From assembly GCA_964631475.1 (NCBI GenBank), contig CAZVWK010000003.1:1-60727 (forward strand): a DNA stretch of 60,727 nt. Reading direction: 5' to 3'. The stretch is from an uncultured Elusimicrobiaceae bacterium. GTDB taxonomy: Bacteria; Elusimicrobiota; Elusimicrobia; Elusimicrobiales; UBA9959. The notes below the pieces were generated by a model. The model was not told where the DNA came from. It saw nothing but the letters and a program-made list of their open reading frames with translations, and did not search any database. Positions 28,962 to 37,416 of this stretch are shown in pieces (positions within the stretch are counted from its first letter, which is position 1; each line of letters begins with the position of its first letter). Both the position numbers and the translations under genes were made by a program.

Positions 28962-29858
28962 ATGGAACAGTTCGTGAGCTTTTTCATGCTGGCGCTCCTC
29001 TTCGTGGGGTCGATGGCGACCTTCACGGCGGTGCAGCGCCTGATGAAGCCGCCGGACGCCGGGCCGTCCCCCATCGGCGACATCAGCGACATGGAGGGCA
29101 AGGAAACCTCGGTCTTCTCGCGCCTGGACCCCAACCGCAGCGCCTTCGAGCGGCTGGACCTCTTCCTGGCCCGGGACCTGGGCCTGGAGAAGAAGCTGGA
29201 GGAGACCTACATGCTCCTCGGCAAGCCGGCCAACACCGACCCGCTCAAGATCCTCCACGCCAAGGAGATGGCCGCCGTCGGCCTGCCGCTGATAATGTAC
29301 CTGGCCAGCGGCTCCGTCTTCTCCATCATATTCATGCCCCTGGGGTTCCTGCTGCCGGACGGGGTCATATTCTCCCGCCGCATCCGCGAGCGCCAGGAGG
29401 ACATCATCCGCAACTTCCCGACCTTCGTGGACCTTTCGGCGCTGATGATAGAGTCGGGCCTGGACTACATGACGGCCTTCGACCGCATCGTGAAGATCTC
29501 CACCCAGAAGACAGGCCTGGAGCTGGAGGTGGAGCGCATGATAAACGAGGTGCAGCTGGGGTACTCCCGCCGCGACGCGCTGCGCAACCTCGCTATGCGC
29601 ACCGGCCTGCAGGAGATCCGCTCCTTCGTGGGCCTGATCATCCAGTCGGACGAGCTGGGCACCAGCCTCGTCGAGCTGCTGCGCAACTTCTCCACGGACA
29701 TGCGCTTCCGGCGCCTCAACAAGGCAGAGAAGCTGGCGGCGCAGGCCTCCACGAAGATGCTCATCCCGCTCTTCATATTCATTTTCCCGACCGTGTTCAT
29801 ACTGATGCTGTCGCCCATGATAGCCGACCTGCTGATGGGCGGAGCTCTCCCGTTCTGA
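28962..29858 (+). CDS. tadC: TadC (T2SS-F family)
   Basis: NFPTFVDLSALMIESGLDYMTAF, GLIIQSDELGTSLVELL and terminal TM segments. It follows tadB. Confidence 0.85.
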   Translation: MEQFVSFFMLALLFVGSMATFTAVQRLMKPPDAGPSPIGDISDMEGKETSVFSRLDPNRSAFERLDLFLARDLGLEKKLEETYMLLGKPANTDPLKILHAKEMAAVGLPLIMYLASGSVFSIIFMPLGFLLPDGVIFSRRIRERQEDIIRNFPTFVDLSALMIESGLDYMTAFDRIVKISTQKTGLELEVERMINEVQLGYSRRDALRNLAMRTGLQEIRSFVGLIIQSDELGTSLVELLRNFSTDMRFRRLNKAEKLAAQASTKMLIPLFIFIFPTVFILMLSPMIADLLMGGALPF

Positions 29859-29893
29859 CGGGGGGGCGGAAATAACGAATCAAAGAGGGCCTT

Positions 29894-31216
29894 ATGAAAA
29901 ACATCGCTATGTTCCTCCTGGCCGCGGCGGCGGCCTGGGCGCCGGCCTACGGGCGGCAGCCCGCCAAGCCCTCCCACACGGAGGAATCGCTGTTCCTCAA
30001 CATGCAGAAGATCGGCCTGGGCGCGCTCGACGACGCGGACGAGAAAAAGAAGTTCCTCGACACGGTGCAGCTCGAGAAGCAGAAGATCCAGTACAAGATG
30101 CTGCAGGGCGTCTACGAGAACGCCTACCAGCTCTACCGCTCCGGCGACTACGACAGCGCCAGGAACCTGGCGGCGCGGATACTTTCGATAGACCCCAATT
30201 TCCAGGACGCCTCCATGATCATGGAGGCGTCGGCCCAGCTGCGCGGCAGCGCCAGGCCGGCGCTCTCCGAGCGCGTCATGATAGAGGACCGGTTCAAGGA
30301 GGCCCTCTCCCTGTACCAGGAGGGCCGTATCGTGGAGGCCCACCGCAAGATGGAGGAGGTCGCCAAGCTCTCTCCCAACAACATCAAGGCCCGCTACTGG
30401 CTGGGCCGCATGAAGGACAACCTCAAGGACTATTACGTCTCCAAGGGCGAGGAATCCTACGGCAAGCGCGACCTCAAGGGCTCGCTGGACAACTACTACA
30501 ACGCGCTGCTGATAAAGCCGCGCGAAACCGCGATTATCGACCGCATAGCCCGCGTCGAGGACGAGCTCAGGCGCGAGCGCGCCACCGACAGCCTGAAATC
30601 CGCGCTCGAGGCCTACGCGCAGGGCAACCTGCAGGGCGCCTACAACGGCCTGCGCAAGGCGCTCGAGATCCAGCCCGGCGACGCCAAGGCCGGCAAGCTG
30701 CTGGGCGACGTCAAGAGCGAGATAGAGCAGGGCTTCATCGCCCGCGGCCGCAAACTTTACGGGGAGCGCAAGTACACAGAGGCCATCTCGGAGTGGGACA
30801 AGGCCAAACCCTATTCCGCCAATCCCAAGTACCTAGCCCAGCTGGTCTCCCGCGCCAAGGAGCAGATGCGGCTCGAGGAGGAGGCGCGCAAGCGCAGGGC
30901 CGAGGAGGCCGCGCGCAGGGCCCGCGAGGAGGAGGAGCGCAGGGCGAAGGAGGAGGAGGAGCGGCGCAAGGCGGAGGAGGAGGCCAGGCGCAGGGGAACG
31001 GCCTCCGGCCCCATAGAAAAGAAGCCCCAGGGCGTCAGCGAGGAGAACCGCCAGGCCGCCCAGCGGCACTACATGGAGGGCATCAAGCACTTCCAGAGCG
31101 CCAACTACGACAAGGCCCGCGACGAATGGACCATCGCCAAGCAGCTCGATCCGGGCAACGCCGACGCCGACGCCGGCCTCAAGCGCATCGAGCAGCTGCT
31201 CTCCGGGGGGCGCTAG
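29894..31216 (+). CDS. Secreted TPR-repeat protein (TadD-like position) with an embedded E/R/K-rich helix
   Basis: Signal peptide, several TPR-like units (YQLYRSGDYDSARNLAARILSIDPNF, HFQSANYDKARDEWTIAKQLDPGN) and a charged run RKRRAEEAARRAREEEERRAKEEEERRKAEEEARRR. Confidence 0.8.
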   Translation: MKNIAMFLLAAAAAWAPAYGRQPAKPSHTEESLFLNMQKIGLGALDDADEKKKFLDTVQLEKQKIQYKMLQGVYENAYQLYRSGDYDSARNLAARILSIDPNFQDASMIMEASAQLRGSARPALSERVMIEDRFKEALSLYQEGRIVEAHRKMEEVAKLSPNNIKARYWLGRMKDNLKDYYVSKGEESYGKRDLKGSLDNYYNALLIKPRETAIIDRIARVEDELRRERATDSLKSALEAYAQGNLQGAYNGLRKALEIQPGDAKAGKLLGDVKSEIEQGFIARGRKLYGERKYTEAISEWDKAKPYSANPKYLAQLVSRAKEQMRLEEEARKRRAEEAARRAREEEERRAKEEEERRKAEEEARRRGTASGPIEKKPQGVSEENRQAAQRHYMEGIKHFQSANYDKARDEWTIAKQLDPGNADADAGLKRIEQLLSGGR

Positions 31217-31289
31217 CCGGGGCCGCCCCGGACCGGGGCGCGCCAGGCGCGAAACATTTCCGCAATCGGGGCCGGTTATACTATAACCT

Positions 31290-32408
31290 ATGAGACTCAC
31301 CGGGAAATGGCTGCTCTGGTTCACGATGATAGGCGCCTACGTCATGGTGCTGGGCGGCGTCTTCTATTACAACCTATTCAAGTGGACCTTCGACGAGAAA
31401 CTGAAGCAGGACATCGTCGAGACCGTGAAGGTCTACGCCCCCACCATGCGCAACGGCCTGCTCAAGAACCCGCGCGCGATCACCTTCGAGGAATACGACA
31501 TCATGCAGTCCCTGGCCAAGGACGAGCGCATCAGCTCGATGATCTACCTCAGCCGCCATGGCACCATACGCTGGCATAAGGAGCCGCGCTTCCTGGGCAT
31601 TCCCTGGGACGAGTTCCAGAAGCAGGTGCCGCCGCCGACCGACGCCATCGCGCAGGCCTACCTCTCCAAGATGCCCAAGACGCGGCAGGTGCCCAAGGAG
31701 CCCTTCTACGAGATAGCCATCCCCTTCTCGGTGCGCGGGGAGATCATCGGCATCATAGACCTGCTGGTCTCGCGGGCCGGGGCCGAGGTGCTGATCGGCT
31801 CGGCCATGCGCAAGTACGTCTTCGGCGCCGTCGGCGTGCTTTTCCTGCTGGGGCTGCCGCTCTATTTCTTCTTCCACCACTACGTAATCTCGCCCCTGGA
31901 GGCGCTGCGCGACAGCGTCGACACCATCTCGCTCAAGAACATGGACCTGCGCTTTCCCCAGCGCCCCGACGAGATAGGGGAGTTGGGCCAGGCGATAGCG
32001 ATGTTCCTCCAGAAAGTGAAGGGGGAACTCGACTCCCAGCTCAACAAGGACAGGAAGTACCGCGAGGCCGAGCAGCGCTGGTGGCGCTCGCTGCTGGGCG
32101 TCATAATCCCGGCCACGGAATACGTGATAGTGGTGGACGAGAACAACAACGTGCTCTACGCCAATTTCGAGCTCGGCGGCGGCCTGGACGCCAAGAATAT
32201 CCACCTGCTGGACGTGGTGGACAGCCAGCAGCAGAACCTGCTGCGGCTGGTCGGCCAGGGCTTCGAGAGCCCCAACCGGACCATAGAAGGGGAGACCGTC
32301 TTCAAGGGCCAGGCCTCCACGGTCAAGGTGCTGCACGTCGGCGAGGGCGCGGACCTCAGCCGCACGCTGATCCTCTTCTCCCCCAGAAAGACCGCCGTAA
32401 GTATCTAA
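31290..32408 (+). CDS. Membrane sensor with HAMP and PAS-like domains but no output domain
   Basis: Two TM segments flank a periplasmic domain of about 150 aa. HAMP segment (ISPLEALRDSVDTISLKNMDLRFPQRPDEIGELGQAIAMF), then about 130 aa that look PAS-like. No kinase or GGDEF motifs. Confidence 0.7.
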   Translation: MRLTGKWLLWFTMIGAYVMVLGGVFYYNLFKWTFDEKLKQDIVETVKVYAPTMRNGLLKNPRAITFEEYDIMQSLAKDERISSMIYLSRHGTIRWHKEPRFLGIPWDEFQKQVPPPTDAIAQAYLSKMPKTRQVPKEPFYEIAIPFSVRGEIIGIIDLLVSRAGAEVLIGSAMRKYVFGAVGVLFLLGLPLYFFFHHYVISPLEALRDSVDTISLKNMDLRFPQRPDEIGELGQAIAMFLQKVKGELDSQLNKDRKYREAEQRWWRSLLGVIIPATEYVIVVDENNNVLYANFELGGGLDAKNIHLLDVVDSQQQNLLRLVGQGFESPNRTIEGETVFKGQASTVKVLHVGEGADLSRTLILFSPRKTAVSI

Positions 32409-32434
32409 ATCAGGATAAAATTGCTAATATAAAT

Positions 32435-32467
32435 CCGGCCCCGGGCGCGCAGCCGCGCGGGGGCCGG
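32435..32467 (+). terminator. GC-rich hairpin after the HAMP gene
   Basis: Outer 8-bp stem ccggcccc (32435-42) / ggggccgg (32460-67) with further internal GC pairing. It lies 27 nt after the stop. The U-tract is poor. Confidence 0.4.
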
Positions 32468-32503
32468 CTGTTCCGCACATATTCGACCCGGAGGTAGTTA
32501 GCG

Positions 32504-32800
32504 ATGAAACTAGAGGTAAAAGGCGTTCAGCTGGGTTCGCTGGTCCTTTCTTCCGTTCCCGCCGTTCTGTTCTTCATCGGCCTGCTCGGAGGCGTTATAA
32601 CCTTCTTCGTGGAGAACCCGCAGACCGCCTACCTGCCGCTGGGCGGGAAACTGCTCGGCACGGCCGTCTTCTCCCTCCTCTACATGCTGCTGATGGCCGC
32701 GCTGGTGGTGATAGCCGCCTTCATCTACAACATGCTGACCACCGTCATAGGGATGCGCGGGGTGCGCCTGGAAATAGAAGAGATTGCCGAAGGGGAGTGA
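32504..32800 (+). CDS. Small integral membrane protein (hypothetical)
   Basis: 98 aa with three hydrophobic segments. GGAGG lies 10 nt upstream. Confidence 0.5.
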   Translation: MKLEVKGVQLGSLVLSSVPAVLFFIGLLGGVITFFVENPQTAYLPLGGKLLGTAVFSLLYMLLMAALVVIAAFIYNMLTTVIGMRGVRLEIEEIAEGE

Positions 32801-32809
32801 CGCGAACCC

Positions 32810-33565
32810 GTGAAGATCAACGTAATATTCGCCGCAAAGGATTTCTCCCGCGCATCGCTGGTGCTGGAGATGCTCTCCCGCCAGGGCTACTCGGTGCTGA
32901 CCGCCCACAAGGCCCGCGAGGTCATGGGGCTCCTGTCCGAGAAGAGCTTCGACCTGCTCATAGTCGGGCAGAACCTGGCCGACGAGGAAGGCCTGAGCTT
33001 CCTCAAGAACCTCCGCGCGAAGAACAAGACCCTGCCGGTCATCGCGCTGCTCGAGTCCCCGGACACTTACCTCGACCACATGCCCTCCGGCCTGACCGCC
33101 GAGGCGTTCCACCTGCGCGGCTCGTCCGGCTCGCCCAAGATCACCTATAAGCTGGCTTTCTTCCAGCTCGGCGCCGACGAGTGCCTCAGCTGCAGCCAGG
33201 ACCTGCACGAGAGCATGGCCCGCATCAGGGCCGTCGTGCGCCGCACCGCCTCGGTGCAGCCCGAAGAGCTCATCAAGATGAGCGAGATAGAGCTCAACAT
33301 GTCGAGCTACACCGTAAAGATAGCCGGCAAGGAGATCACGGTCACCGCCAAGGAGTTCGACCTGCTCTACGTCTTCCTGAGCTCCCCCAACCGCGTGCTC
33401 TCGCGCCCCTACCTCATCGAGCGCGTCTGGGGCTACAACTACTTCGGCTCCCCCAGGACCGTCGACGTGCACGTCAGGCGCCTGCGCGCCAAGATGGGCA
33501 AGGCCGCCCGCTACGTGCACACGGTGCCCTGCGTCGGCTACAAGCTCGTGCCCGGCTCGAAATAA
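32810..33565 (+). CDS. OmpR/PhoB-type winged-helix regulator with a degenerate (pseudo) receiver domain
   Basis: The C-terminal Trans_reg_C domain is intact (TAKEFDLLYVFLSSPNRVLSRPYLIERVWGYNYFGSPRTVDVHVRRLRAKMG...VGYKL). The receiver-like N-terminus lacks the acidic pair (IFAAKD), has Gly where the phospho-Asp belongs (DLLIVGQNL), and lacks the conserved Thr and Lys. GTG start. Confidence 0.8.
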   Translation: MKINVIFAAKDFSRASLVLEMLSRQGYSVLTAHKAREVMGLLSEKSFDLLIVGQNLADEEGLSFLKNLRAKNKTLPVIALLESPDTYLDHMPSGLTAEAFHLRGSSGSPKITYKLAFFQLGADECLSCSQDLHESMARIRAVVRRTASVQPEELIKMSEIELNMSSYTVKIAGKEITVTAKEFDLLYVFLSSPNRVLSRPYLIERVWGYNYFGSPRTVDVHVRRLRAKMGKAARYVHTVPCVGYKLVPGSK

Positions 33566-33577
33566 CGGAGGTTCGAT

Positions 33578-33952
33578 ATGGCTTACAAAGTCCTCATAAT
33601 AGACGACGACACCCACCTCAGGGAGGGCCTGGCCGAGGTCCTCGACGCGGAAGGCTTTTCCTGCACGGAGGCCGGCAACGCCAGGGGCGGCGTCGATTCC
33701 GCCAAGAAGCAAAACCCGGACGTCGTCATCATGGACATACAACTGCCCGACTCCAGCGGCTTCCAAATCTGCCAGGAGCTCCGCAGGCACTCGAAGGAGT
33801 TCGTCCTGATCATGATGACAGGCCGGTTCCTCTCCGCGGAGGAGAAGACGCAGGGCTTCGAACTGGGCGCCGACGAGTACATCACCAAGCCTTTCGACAT
33901 ACAGGAGTTGTCCATACGCATAAAGCAGCTCCTCTCCAGGAAGGGAAAATGA
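33578..33952 (+). CDS. Single-domain (CheY-like) response regulator
   Basis: VLIIDDD, VVIMDIQLPDSSG, MMTG and ITKPF are all present, so all receiver signatures are intact. 124 aa. Confidence 0.9.
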   Translation: MAYKVLIIDDDTHLREGLAEVLDAEGFSCTEAGNARGGVDSAKKQNPDVVIMDIQLPDSSGFQICQELRRHSKEFVLIMMTGRFLSAEEKTQGFELGADEYITKPFDIQELSIRIKQLLSRKGK

Positions 33953-35385
33953 AGCGCCTGATGCCGGTCCTCCTGCTGCTCGCCTGCTCTTTCCAGGCCG
34001 CGCCCTCGCGCGCCGCCGGACCGGAGCTGGAACTCTATTTCGAGGCGATGGACGGGCAGAGCTGGCAGTGGTTCTTCATGGCCGACGCGGTCCGCAGGCG
34101 CATGCCCGGCGCGAAACTGGAGGTCCTGCCGCTGGTCTCCCGGGGGGAGAGCGGATGGGTCTCCAAGCGCGGCGAGCCGGAGCTGGAGGAGTCGGCCAGG
34201 ATAGCCTGGGTCGCCGCCGAGCGCCGGGAAGACCTTTTCAACTACCTCAACGCCCGCTCGCTGAGCCCCTGGGCCGACGGCTGGCGCGACGCGGCGCTCT
34301 TCAGCGGCATCGACCCCGACGAACTGGGCCGGAAGTCCGCCGAGGCCAGGGAGAAGCTTCTCGCCGGCCTCCACGAGCGCTCGGCCGCCCGCAAGGCCGA
34401 CTCCACCGCGCTGTACATAAACGGGGGGCTTTACGAAGGGGGACAGCGCCTGCTGGACCTCTACGCGGCCGCCAACGCCGTCCTGCCCGAGGCCTCGCGG
34501 CTCTACAAGCCCGCCGCGGAGGCCCCCGGCAAGCCCTCCGCCGCCGCCCGGACCCCCAGGATGTGGGTGCTGCTCTCCGCGAAGGACGAGGTGTCCGGCG
34601 ATCCCAACGTCGCCGGGGCTTTCAAGCGTTATTTCGCCGGCATAAAGCCCAAAGAGCTGGACTACGCCTCCGCGGAGGCGAAGAAGCTCCTCCGGTCGCC
34701 CAAATCCCTCCCCGCCTATGTCATCGAAGACACCCCGGAGGTGCGCAAGGCCTTCGAACAGGCGATACAGGCCGGCGCCTTCGAGCAGGCCGGCAGGAAT
34801 TTCGTCTACTACGACAGGGGCCGCAGGTCCGTTCTGCCGCTGGAGAAGTCCCTGCCCGGCGAGCTGGAGCTTTTCACCATGAGCATGTGCCCCTACGGCG
34901 TGCAGGCCGGCAACTCGCTGGCCGTCGCCCAGAAGCAGGGGCTGCTGCCGAAGGGTACGAAGCTGCGCTTCCGCTACATAGCCGACGCGGTCGCCGACGA
35001 GAAAGGCGGCCTGACCTTCAAGAGCCTGCAGGGCACCCCCGAATGGGAGGAGAACGCCAGGCAGCTCTTCATAAAAAAGAATTTCCCCGACAAGTTCTTC
35101 GACTACCTGCTGACGCGCAACAAGGACGTCAAGTCCAGCCGCTGGGAGGCCGCCGCCGAGGCGGCCGGCATAGACCCGGCGGCGGTGGCGGCCGGTTTCG
35201 AGGAAGGCAAGAGGCTGCTGGCCGAGGACGTCAAAAAGGCCGGCGCCCTGCGCATCGGGTCGTCGCCGACCTTCCTCGTCGACGGGCGCGTGCTGGTCAC
35301 CGGCCTGGGCGGCCTGGTCCAGATGAAGGGTTTCGAGAAGATACCCGTCAACCCTTCCGCGCAGGACATGGCCTGCGGCCGCTGA
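33949..35385 (+). CDS. Secreted protein with two DsbA/thioredoxin-like halves and degenerate active sites
   Basis: The in-frame ATG at 33949 overlaps the CheY stop (ATGA). Signal peptide MKRLMPVLLLLACSFQAAPSRAAG. Two similar halves each start ELELYFEAMD / ELELFTMSMCPYG, and the second ends in a DsbA-like GSSPTFLVDGRVL. Only CPYG is present, with no CxxC. Confidence 0.55.
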   Translation: MKRLMPVLLLLACSFQAAPSRAAGPELELYFEAMDGQSWQWFFMADAVRRRMPGAKLEVLPLVSRGESGWVSKRGEPELEESARIAWVAAERREDLFNYLNARSLSPWADGWRDAALFSGIDPDELGRKSAEAREKLLAGLHERSAARKADSTALYINGGLYEGGQRLLDLYAAANAVLPEASRLYKPAAEAPGKPSAAARTPRMWVLLSAKDEVSGDPNVAGAFKRYFAGIKPKELDYASAEAKKLLRSPKSLPAYVIEDTPEVRKAFEQAIQAGAFEQAGRNFVYYDRGRRSVLPLEKSLPGELELFTMSMCPYGVQAGNSLAVAQKQGLLPKGTKLRFRYIADAVADEKGGLTFKSLQGTPEWEENARQLFIKKNFPDKFFDYLLTRNKDVKSSRWEAAAEAAGIDPAAVAAGFEEGKRLLAEDVKKAGALRIGSSPTFLVDGRVLVTGLGGLVQMKGFEKIPVNPSAQDMACGR

Positions 35386-35388
35386 CAG

Positions 35389-35423
35389 GGAAATATTTCC
35401 GCAACATAGTTTTGTGATAATAT
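35389..35423 (+). promoter_or_regulatory. 12-bp palindrome plus an extended -10 promoter candidate upstream of the histidine kinase
   Basis: GGAAATATTTCC (35389-35400) is a perfect palindrome. TGaTAATAT (35415-35423) is an extended -10. GGAGA lies 8-12 nt before the ATG at 35470. Confidence 0.35.
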
Positions 35424-35469
35424 CCGTGGCGGCGCGCGCAGCGCCTGACCCACGGAGACGGTTTCTATT

Positions 35470-37350
35470 ATGACACAGAGAAGGCAAAGAGGGCGGCTTT
35501 TTTACAAATTCCTGTTCGTTTTCCTGATAGTCTCGCTGGTGCCGCTCGGCATAGTGGGCTACTACCTGGTAAACCTCACGCAGGTCACCCTCAACAAGGC
35601 CATCACCCGCGACCAGGAGTCCCTGGCGGTCGGCTTCGCGGACACCGTCTCCACCTACATCACCTCCTTCCGGAACGTGCTCTACGACGCCGCGCACCTG
35701 AGCGACTTCGTCGGCATGGATACCGAGAAGCAGCGGAACATGGTGAACAACATCATGCAGCTGCACGCGGCCTTCCTCGAGGTGTCGGTCATCGGGGCGG
35801 ACGGGCAGGAGACCATACGCATAGGGCGCTTCCTCAAGGACAGCAGACTGCGCGATTTCTCCGGGGACGGCATCTTCCAGAAGGCGATAACGCGCGGCGA
35901 GTTCATCGGCGGCCTGGAACGCTATATGGGCTCCTACCCGACGCTCACCATAGCCATACAAATCGTCAGCCCGTCCGACAACCGGGCCGTGGGGGCGGTG
36001 CTGGCCAAGCTCAGCCTCAACGGGCTCTCCGGCATACTCAAGACCAGCTTTCCCGAGAGCACCCACACCCAGGCCGCGGTCATAGACTCGAGCGGCTTTC
36101 TGGTGGCGCATTCCAACCTGGAGGAGGTCTACAAGTCCGACGCCAAGATACCTGAGGACGTGCTCAAGATACTGCTGCAGAACGACGCCAGGACCGGCGG
36201 AGGGGAGATACTGCTCGACAGCGGGGAGAAAGTCCTGGGGGCCTTCGCCGAGGCAGAAGAGCTGGGCTGGGTCGTATACATACAGCGGTCCGTTTCCGTC
36301 GCCTACCAGGCCTCCGCGGATATGCTCGAGCGCACCTACAAGATGGGAGGCATCGTCTTCTTTTTCGTGCTCTTCCTGGGCTACGCCGTCTCGCTGGTCA
36401 TCGCCCAGCCCATACAGGCGCTGCGCGAGGCGGCCATAAAGCTGGGCGAGGGCGACTTCGACTACCTGCCCGACCTCAGTATGCCCAACGACGAGATCGG
36501 CGAGCTGGCCCACACCTTCATGCAGATGAGCGAGAGCCTCAAGGTCAAGACGGCCGAGATCATCTCGGCCAGGGACGAGATGGAGCGCCTCAACCGCAGC
36601 CTCGAGAACCGCGTCGAGGCCCGCACGCGCGAGCTGCGCAGCGCCCAGGACGAGCTGATCAAGAAGGAGCGCCTGGCCGCCATCGGGCAGATGTCGTCCG
36701 TCGTAGGCCACGAGATCCGCAACCCCCTGGCCGTCATCAACAACTCCATCTACTTCATAAAGACCAAGCTCGGCGCCGCGCCGCAGCAGCCGGACCCCAA
36801 GATGCTCAAGCACATCTCTATCATCGAGTCCGAGATACGCCAGGCCAACGGCATCATAGACGAGATACTCGGCTTCGCCAGGACCCGCGAGTTCAACCTC
36901 AAGCCCGCCAGCCTGAACTCCTATCTCGAGGACCTGACGATGTCTTTCCCTTTCCCGCCCCACGTGGAACTGGTCAAGCAGTTCTCCCCCGAAAACCCCG
37001 GGGTCAACATAGACGCGGACCAACTTGCCCAGGCCCTGCGCAACCTCATAAAGAACGGCATAGAGGTCATGCCCGAACGCGGCAGGGTCTACGTCCGCAG
37101 CGAGGTGGTCTCCCAGGACTGGGTGCGGGTCGATATCGAGGACGAGGGCCCCGGCATCCCCAAGGACGTCCTGGAAAAGATCTTCGCCCCCTTCTTCACC
37201 ACCAAGGCCCGCGGCACCGGCCTCGGCCTGGCGGTGGTCAAGAAGGTCACCGACGGGCACAAGGGTAAAGTGGAAGTGGTCAGCACCGTCGGCAAGGGCA
37301 CCTGTTTCAAGATTTACCTGCCTATTGTAAATATCGGTCGAAATAAGTGA
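35470..37350 (+). CDS. Sensor histidine kinase (TM, Cache-like periplasmic domain, TM, HAMP, HisKA, HATPase)
   Basis: HAMP segment (QPIQALREAAIKLGEGDFDY...DEIGELAHTF), H-box (SSVVGHEIRNPL), N/G boxes (NLIKNGIEV, DEGPGI, GTGLGLAVV). Confidence 0.9.
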   Translation: MTQRRQRGRLFYKFLFVFLIVSLVPLGIVGYYLVNLTQVTLNKAITRDQESLAVGFADTVSTYITSFRNVLYDAAHLSDFVGMDTEKQRNMVNNIMQLHAAFLEVSVIGADGQETIRIGRFLKDSRLRDFSGDGIFQKAITRGEFIGGLERYMGSYPTLTIAIQIVSPSDNRAVGAVLAKLSLNGLSGILKTSFPESTHTQAAVIDSSGFLVAHSNLEEVYKSDAKIPEDVLKILLQNDARTGGGEILLDSGEKVLGAFAEAEELGWVVYIQRSVSVAYQASADMLERTYKMGGIVFFFVLFLGYAVSLVIAQPIQALREAAIKLGEGDFDYLPDLSMPNDEIGELAHTFMQMSESLKVKTAEIISARDEMERLNRSLENRVEARTRELRSAQDELIKKERLAAIGQMSSVVGHEIRNPLAVINNSIYFIKTKLGAAPQQPDPKMLKHISIIESEIRQANGIIDEILGFARTREFNLKPASLNSYLEDLTMSFPFPPHVELVKQFSPENPGVNIDADQLAQALRNLIKNGIEVMPERGRVYVRSEVVSQDWVRVDIEDEGPGIPKDVLEKIFAPFFTTKARGTGLGLAVVKKVTDGHKGKVEVVSTVGKGTCFKIYLPIVNIGRNK

Positions 37351-37372
37351 TAATTCAACTGGCCTGCGGGGG

Positions 37373-37400
37373 CCGGGCGGGACGGGTCCCGCCCGGTTTT
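37373..37400 (+). terminator. Intrinsic terminator between the kinase and the hybrid kinase
   Basis: ccgggcgggac (37373-83) / gtcccgcccgg (37386-96) form 10-11 bp of GC-rich stem, followed by TTTT (37397-400). It lies 23 nt after the kinase stop and 17 nt before the next ATG. Confidence 0.65.
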
Positions 37401-37416
37401 ACGGGGCCGTTCTCTC

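Noticed and set aside
33583-37260. 1225-aa minus-strand ORF, the longest ORF in the track.
   Set aside because: It is antisense to four well-supported genes (CheY, the DsbA-like protein and the histidine kinase with all its boxes). It has low-complexity Gly/Leu/Ala/Arg/Val composition and no recognisable domain.
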